Under the pieces are notes generated by a model, which worked only from the letters and a program-made list of their open reading frames with translations, did no database searches and was not told the origin of the DNA. From NCBI RefSeq assembly GCF_006345805.1, contig NC_043008.1:4030001-4094000 (forward strand): a DNA stretch of 64,000 nucleotides, read 5' to 3'. Made by a program: the position numbers and the translations under genes. Below are positions 57,755 through 64,000 of the stretch, piece by piece. This DNA is from Octopus sinensis. Lineage: Eukaryota. The first letter of the stretch is position 1; every line of letters begins with the position of its first letter.

Positions 57755-58201
57755 AAGGCGGTGAGCTGGCAGAATCATTAGAACACTGGATGAAATGCTT
57801 AGCTGTATTTCACCTGTTGCTCCATTGTGAGTTCAAATTCTGCTGAGGCCAACTTCACTTTTCTTCCTTTCAAGATCAATAAATTAAGTACCAGTGAAAC
57901 ACTGAGGTCAATGTAATCAACTTATCCCCTCCCCCAAAATGACTGCCCTTGAGGCAAAATTTGAAACCATTATTATTATTATTCCTATTAAGGCAGTGAA
58001 TGGGCAGAATTGTTAGCACACTGGGCAAAATGCTTAATTGTATTTTGTTCATCTTTACGTTCTGAGTTCAAATTCCACTGAGGCCAACTTTGCCTTTCAT
58101 CCTTTTTGGGTTGATGAAATAGGCAGCAGTTGAGCATTGGGGTCAATGTAATCGATTGCTCCTTCCCCTCAGATTGCTGGACTTCTGCCCAAATCAGAAA
58201 G
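57755..58201 (+). mobile_element. Two head-to-tail family A SINEs (57755-57968, 57990-58201)
   Basis: Both begin aaggc(g/a)gtga..ggcagaat and carry the B box and central block; separated by (att)n. Confidence 0.85.
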
Positions 58202-58426
58202 ATTTATTATTATTGCCATCAGTACTTTGCTATTATCAATCTCTGTCTCTTTTATTGTCATCATCCTCGTTTCTGTCACCCATTTCCATCATTAACTCAT
58301 CTTTCAAAAAACTGGTCAAGATTCTGAACCTGAATCTAAACTGCTAATTAACAGCAGTTAAGACCAAACCCCCAAAGACTTTCTAATTAACATCCTACAA
58401 TTAATGTTTTTAATCTATTTATTCAT

Positions 58427-58428
<2 letters not shown>

Positions 58429-58506
<78 letters not shown>
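58429..58506. repeat. (TA)n microsatellite
   Basis: Read directly. Confidence 0.95.
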
Positions 58507-58514
<8 letters not shown>

Positions 58515-59597
58515 ATATATATATATGTATGTATTCATTTATTTATGCATGTGTGAAATTTGACAATATATATATTCACCAAATACCTTCACAAGGGACC
58601 ATCCTATTCCCTTGTCCCCCATTCAACTCTATATATTTATTTATTGGTTTGTATTTATTTCCATTGAACTCTTTTATTGACCATCCTACTTATTTCTCTC
58701 TTAAACCCACCTCTTTCCTTCCTTTCCTCTTTTTCCCTCCTCTATTACCTTTTTACATTTTTCATTCTTTTGTCTGTTTTAGTTTCTTGTTTTTTTCTTT
58801 CTCCACAAACGGCCCATCCCATGAGAAAAATCTTATATGTATAACCCCCATCAAAAATCTCCTGTCATAACTTGCCTGGTAAACCTATGAATGTACAGGT
58901 GAAATTCCTGGGTAGCAAGACCAAACTTGACAGAACTGGTACACATATATACCTTTAAGAAGGTACACTAATGTATTAAAACCATTGTACTATTGTCATT
59001 AATAAAAAACAATATTAAACCTACATATATAATGCATTGACTCCAATTTATACAACTAAATACACTCACATATTGTGTGTGTGTTTAAAATCGATGTATT
59101 TTGTATGTATTTGGATGTATAAAGAAGCTCTTTCTTTGTAATTGAGAAAGTAGTTTGGCAAATAAAACCGACTTGTGGCTGATACCAGCCAGGTTAATCC
59201 AGTGAAGACCTGGCAGATACAGTGTGTTATTTTGGATTACATTATTCACAACGACCTTCCCTTTATATGATAGTAGGGTGTGATTTAAAAGAGATTTCAC
59301 TGCTATTTTTATGCAGGTTAAATGGCTGAACAGTGGTTCTCTTAATTCTTTTGAAATGAGTTCTGCCTGAGACTGTTCTGCTTCTTTGATACAAACTTTC
59401 TATTTCCATGTGATCTAAAACCTTCCATCAAAATTCCATGTCATCTTCCAACAACCAGCTTAATGACGAGTTCATTATACTAATTCTCCATCTTCGAAAT
59501 TAATTGAAACGAAGTTAATTAGAGATAGATGCATAAAAGAAAATAGATAAAGAAATAAATAAGTATATATATATAAATACATAAATAAATGAATATA

Positions 59598-59830
59598 TAT
59601 TTCTTTATTGCCCACAAGAGGCTAAACATAGAGGGGACAAACAAGGACAGACAAAGGGATTAAGTCGATTACATCGGCCCCAGTGTAAAACTGGTACTTT
59701 ATTTATCGACCCCGAAAGGATGAATGGCAAAGTCGACCTCGGCGGAATTTGAACACAGAACGTAATGACAGACGAAATACCGCTAAGCATTTCGCACGGC
59801 ACACTAACGTGTCTGCCAGCTCGCCACCTT
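59598..59830 (-). mobile_element. Young family A SINE (CpGs retained)
   Basis: Reverse complement of the 19669 copy with many more intact CpGs. Confidence 0.9.
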
Positions 59831-60297
59831 TTTTAGCCCTGCATGCTAATGCCACATACCTGTGAGACAGAGATATCTAAAATAAATACAACCATGTAAA
59901 GCGGGGCATGGATACATACCAAGTGGACCCATACACAAATACACACACACATGAAAGCTCATGGATGGATGGATGGATGGATGCTGTCAACAACAAAGTT
60001 AACATGGTCAGAAGCAGCAGTGCCAAGGATAGCAATAACAACAACAACTACCACAATTGCAATATTGTGGGTGGACACACATACACAGAGGAATACAAGA
60101 ACTGCACCTTGCCCCTTTTTTTTCTCAGGTCTTTGTGAGGTTGGGGCCAAGGGGAAGGCCACATTGCTGCTAAAAATTATGACAGACACACACAAGCATA
60201 CACCCACACACATACACACAAACACATGCGCACATAAAGATACACATCTTAGAAGAACAGAATGGAGTGAGTGGAACAAGAACACACACAAAAAGCG

Positions 60298-60341
60298 TTG
60301 CTGAAGAGGTCACAGATGTGTGACGAAAGATTTCCGGGCAA
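60298..60341 (+). ncRNA. Degenerate minimal type-I hammerhead ribozyme
   Basis: CTGAAGA-g-GTCACA gatg TGTGAC-GAAA-gatttc-cgggcaa: both conserved core blocks and a 6-bp stem II are present; stem I 5' partner appears shortened. Confidence 0.55.
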
Positions 60342-60395
60342 TGGGCAGGTATCAAAATAATAAAAATATTAAAATAACAGTAATAAACAGGTGAA

Positions 60396-60442
<47 letters not shown>

Positions 60443-60445
<3 letters not shown>

Positions 60446-61324
60446 CATGTGTTTATTTGGAAAAAAAAAACATAATAATAATAATAATAAATGAAATGAC
60501 CATCCTGAAGTACAACAAAGTTAGTGTACTTCAACAGAAATATGGTACAAAAAAATGGTGAGGTTAATTGACATAATCTATAATGGTGCTAAGTCTGTTC
60601 AGACCTGTGGCCAAAAACATACCAGCTGTATCCATTCACTCCATTTTCTTTTATTTTGAAACAATTTTCATTCACTGTATTTATGACTACATCACCTAAA
60701 TTGAACTTCGGTTTTTTTTCAGTACTGTATGGTGTAATTTGAGTGATATTTCGTTGGTGGAATGTTGCACTACCACATTGGGATTTCCTTGTTGGCTCAT
60801 GCCACAGGTGTAGTACTGAATATTTGTGTGGGACCAGAACTCCTGTCCAGCCTTTTCAGTATTATGTAATTGATACTCGTGAAAGAATGTTTACATCTAC
60901 CTGCTATTATTCTCTGCTGTTTAATCCATTGTTACCTTTTTCATGAAACCAGGTAAACTTCATCTTTCACCCAATTTCACACCAACACCTGGATCCTAGC
61001 AGACTTCACAATGCTGCAAATAATTGAATAAGATATCTGGTCCAGGAATAACCCAAGTGTTCCTCTCTTTCTGCCTCAATAATCTCAGCTGCCTTGAAAA
61101 ATATCTAATGGGCACTGCTTTTAACCCTCTGCTTTATTTTTCCCTGTATTATCATTGTGACATTGATGCTGTTCAAATTTCGTTTTGAAGTTATCCTTCA
61201 CTTCATGCTTGATCATTAATTCACTTTCTGGGGGGGGGTGTTCCTACAATGTTGCATTATTGATTTTCTTGATAGGATCTGTTTGTCATGACATTTGATG
61301 ACTTTGCACAGTGTTCTGTTTTAT

Positions 61325-61356
<32 letters not shown>

Positions 61357-62234
61357 GTGCATGTGTTTATTTGGAAAAAAAAAACATAATAATAATAATA
61401 ATAAATGAAATGACCATCCTGAAGTACAACAAAGTTAGTGTACTTCAACAGAAATATGGTACAAAAAAATGGTGAGGTTAATTGACATAATCTATAATGG
61501 TGCTAAGTCTGTTCAGACCTGTGGCCAAAAACATACCAGCTGTATCCATTCACTCCATTTTCTTTTATTTTGAAACAATTTTCATTCACTGTATTTATGA
61601 CTACATCACCTAAATTGAACTTCGGTTTTTTTTCAGTACTGTATGGTGTAATTTGAGTGATATTTCGTTGGTGGAATGTTGCACTACCACATTGGGATTT
61701 CCTTGTTGGCTCATGCCACAGGTGTAGTACTGAATATTTGTGTGGGACCAGAACTCCTGTCCAGCCTTTTCAGTATTATGTAATTGATACTCGTGAAAGA
61801 ATGTTTACATCTACCTGCTATTATTCTCTGCTGTTTAATCCATTGTTACCTTTTTCATGAAACCAGGTAAACTTCATCTTTCACCCAATTTCACACCAAC
61901 ACCTGGATCCTAGCAGACTTCACAATGCTGCAAGTAATTGAATAAGATATCTGGTCCAGGAATAACCCAAGTGTTCCTCTCTTTCTGCCTCAATAATCTC
62001 AGCTGCCTTGAAAAATATCTAATGGGCACTGCTTTTAACCCTCTGCTTTATTTTTCCCTGTATTATCATTGTGACATTGATGCTGTTCAAATTTCGTTTT
62101 GAAGTTATCCTTCACTTCATGCTTGATCATTAATTCACTTTCTGGGGGGGGGTGTTCCTACAATGTTGCATTATTGATTTTCTTGATAGGATCTGTTTGT
62201 CATGACATTTGATGACTTTGCACAGTGTTCTGTT

Positions 62235-62236
<2 letters not shown>
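60443..62236 (+). repeat. Tandem duplication, period 914 bp (60443-61322 and 61357-62236)
   Basis: Identical ORF-track peptides 914 bp apart; only one substitution spotted (A61020 vs G61934); units bounded by (TA)n. Confidence 0.95.
60680..61120 (-). mobile_element. Possible Ginger/KRBA2-like integrase relic inside the duplicated unit
   Basis: Fragmentary minus-strand peptides LFNYLQHCEVC, LNSRE**QVDVN, AGQEFW and LWHEPTRKSQCGS weakly recall the HHCC and rve motifs; very decayed. Confidence 0.3.
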
Positions 62237-62266
<30 letters not shown>

Positions 62267-62989
62267 GTGCGTGCACACATACACACACATATTTATGTAT
62301 GCATGTGTGTGAGGGGTGAATATCTAAAAGTCACATATATATATATAGTAATTATTTTATTAATTAATCTTTGCCTAGCTTCTGATACTATTGATCTTGA
62401 CATTCTGTTTGATGTTCTTCTTAAAGTGCCTTCACTGAAATGGTTTCAATCTGTGATCTACAAAGATGATAATAGTGGTTATTTTGTGGTTTGTTCTTGT
62501 GTTCCTTGCAAATTGATATACTAATTTACAAAATTACAGAGTGCCTAACTAATACCAAAAAACAGATGGCCAGATTTCAATCTATTTAACCTCAATTAAG
62601 CATGAGCAAATGAGGGTGCATCTATATGGCCAGGAGAAGTTAACAAATCTCTCACAAATCATACCCTACTGTCTTCGGAGAATTACCAGATAATCACAGC
62701 TAGAACAATAAATTTGCTTAAGCCTGGGTCTAAATAAAAGAACAACTCTATGACTCAACAACAGGCTTCATATTCTTTGACAATTCTTTTGCCTGTATTT
62801 TATTTGAATTTGTATATAAGCCATTACTAAACTTTATATGAGTTGATTATGATCCTATAATTGATTATTCTTTCTATATGGAAAAAGTCAACTTTATACT
62901 TTGTAGTAAAACTAATTATGAAATACAGAGCAGATGTAGAAGAAATTACAATAAACACAAGTTTATAGTTCTTCTCTATGTTTGGCACA

Positions 62990-63270
62990 GCATTGGATGT
63001 TCCAAGAACATTTGGATGCTTATCTAGAATGGATGATCAAGGACCACTTTATGGCATTAAGAATGAGAGAACTAATGTCAAGGGATGGGTTGACGATAAG
63101 TCATTTTATAAGTATTTTTGCAAGGAAATGGAAAGAAAGCAAAATACATATAATAAAATGCCATCAAGCCAACAAGTTCTGGCATTAGTTCTTGGTAGCT
63201 TCATGCAATTCTGTGCTCCCTGATGATCCATTCTGGTTAAGCATCCAAACATACTTGGAACATCGAATGC
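62990..63270. mobile_element. Old MITE-like inverted repeat (58-bp arms)
   Basis: 62990-63047 matches the reverse complement of 63213-63270 with about 10 mismatches; no clear TSD. Confidence 0.65.
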
Positions 63271-63314
63271 AGGGTTCCAGGCAATCCTAAGGATGAAATG
63301 TATACATTTCTATC

Positions 63315-63715
63315 TTTTACGTGTTTCAGTCGTTAGACTGTGGCCAGGACCAGAAACCTCCTCGAAGAAGTTTAGTCAAACATATTGACCCCAATAGTTA
63401 TTTTATTTTTTAAACCAGGTGCTTATTCTATCGGTCACTTTTGCCAAACTACAAAGCTATGGGGACATAGGCACACTAACACCGGTTGTCAACTATTGAT
63501 TTGGGTCAAACACACACACACACACACATGCAAACATATATATTTATATACACATACATACATACACAACGGTCTTCTTTCAGTTTCCATCTGCCAAATC
63601 CACTCACATGGCTTTGGTCAACTTCTATAGCTCAAGGCTATAGAAGAAGACACTTTCCCAAAGTGTGACCCAGTAGGGCTGAACCCAGAACCATGTGGTT
63701 GGGAAGCAACCTACA
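63315..63715 (-). mobile_element. Family B SINE
   Basis: Diagnostic core and head on the reverse strand (gaacccagaaccatgtggttgggaagc). Confidence 0.8.
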
Positions 63716-63790
63716 CCTGCAGGTAGAAGCTGATAAGACAAACTGCTGTTTATCATAATTTCTCATGTGTGTATAATCATATATTTCATG

Positions 63791-63892
63791 TTGGTCGAGC
63801 CAGTCTCTTGCTACTCTGAGTTTCGCCTGTAGATACACAGGATCTGTAGCTATAAGGGGAAACTCACACTAGCAAGAGACTGACTCAACCAA
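63791..63892 (+). ncRNA. 102-nt hairpin, pri-miRNA-like or miniature foldback element
   Basis: 38-bp stem (63791-63828 with 63855-63892) with 5 mismatches and a 26-nt apical region; no TA/TTAA TSD. Confidence 0.4.
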
Positions 63893-63965
63893 AATAAAGC
63901 ATCTTTAATCTTTACCATGGTGTTGAGTTCTCTTTTTTGTGACAGTTAATACTAAACATATACTT

Positions 63966-63996
<31 letters not shown>

Positions 63997-64000
63997 CACA

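Overview
AT-rich eukaryotic DNA dense in microsatellites and repeats. The SINE, RTE and Tc1 repertoire and the (TA)n/(CA)n density strongly suggest an Octopus (coleoid cephalopod) genome; this is an inference. No complete protein-coding gene, rRNA, true tRNA gene or CRISPR array is visible, and nearly all ORF-track entries are microsatellite or decayed-transposon read-throughs. The window is a layered transposon graveyard: L1/Tx1, RTE, CR1/L2-group and Penelope-like (Naiad-type) retroelement relics; maT-like, mariner, Tc1 (DD34E) and Tigger/pogo relics; TTAA-flanked piggyBac-type MITEs; and at least four SINE-like families. Items worth follow-up: a degenerate type-I hammerhead ribozyme core (60298-60341), a 102-nt pri-miRNA-like hairpin with well-placed UG and CNNC motifs (63791-63892), a young inverted duplication able to form long dsRNA (33250-34233), a near-identical 914-bp tandem duplication bounded by (TA)n tracts (60443-62236), and several candidate micro-exons or recursive splice sites hinting that the window lies within long introns. 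I found no evidence of a wholly new biological system; all findings are candidates.
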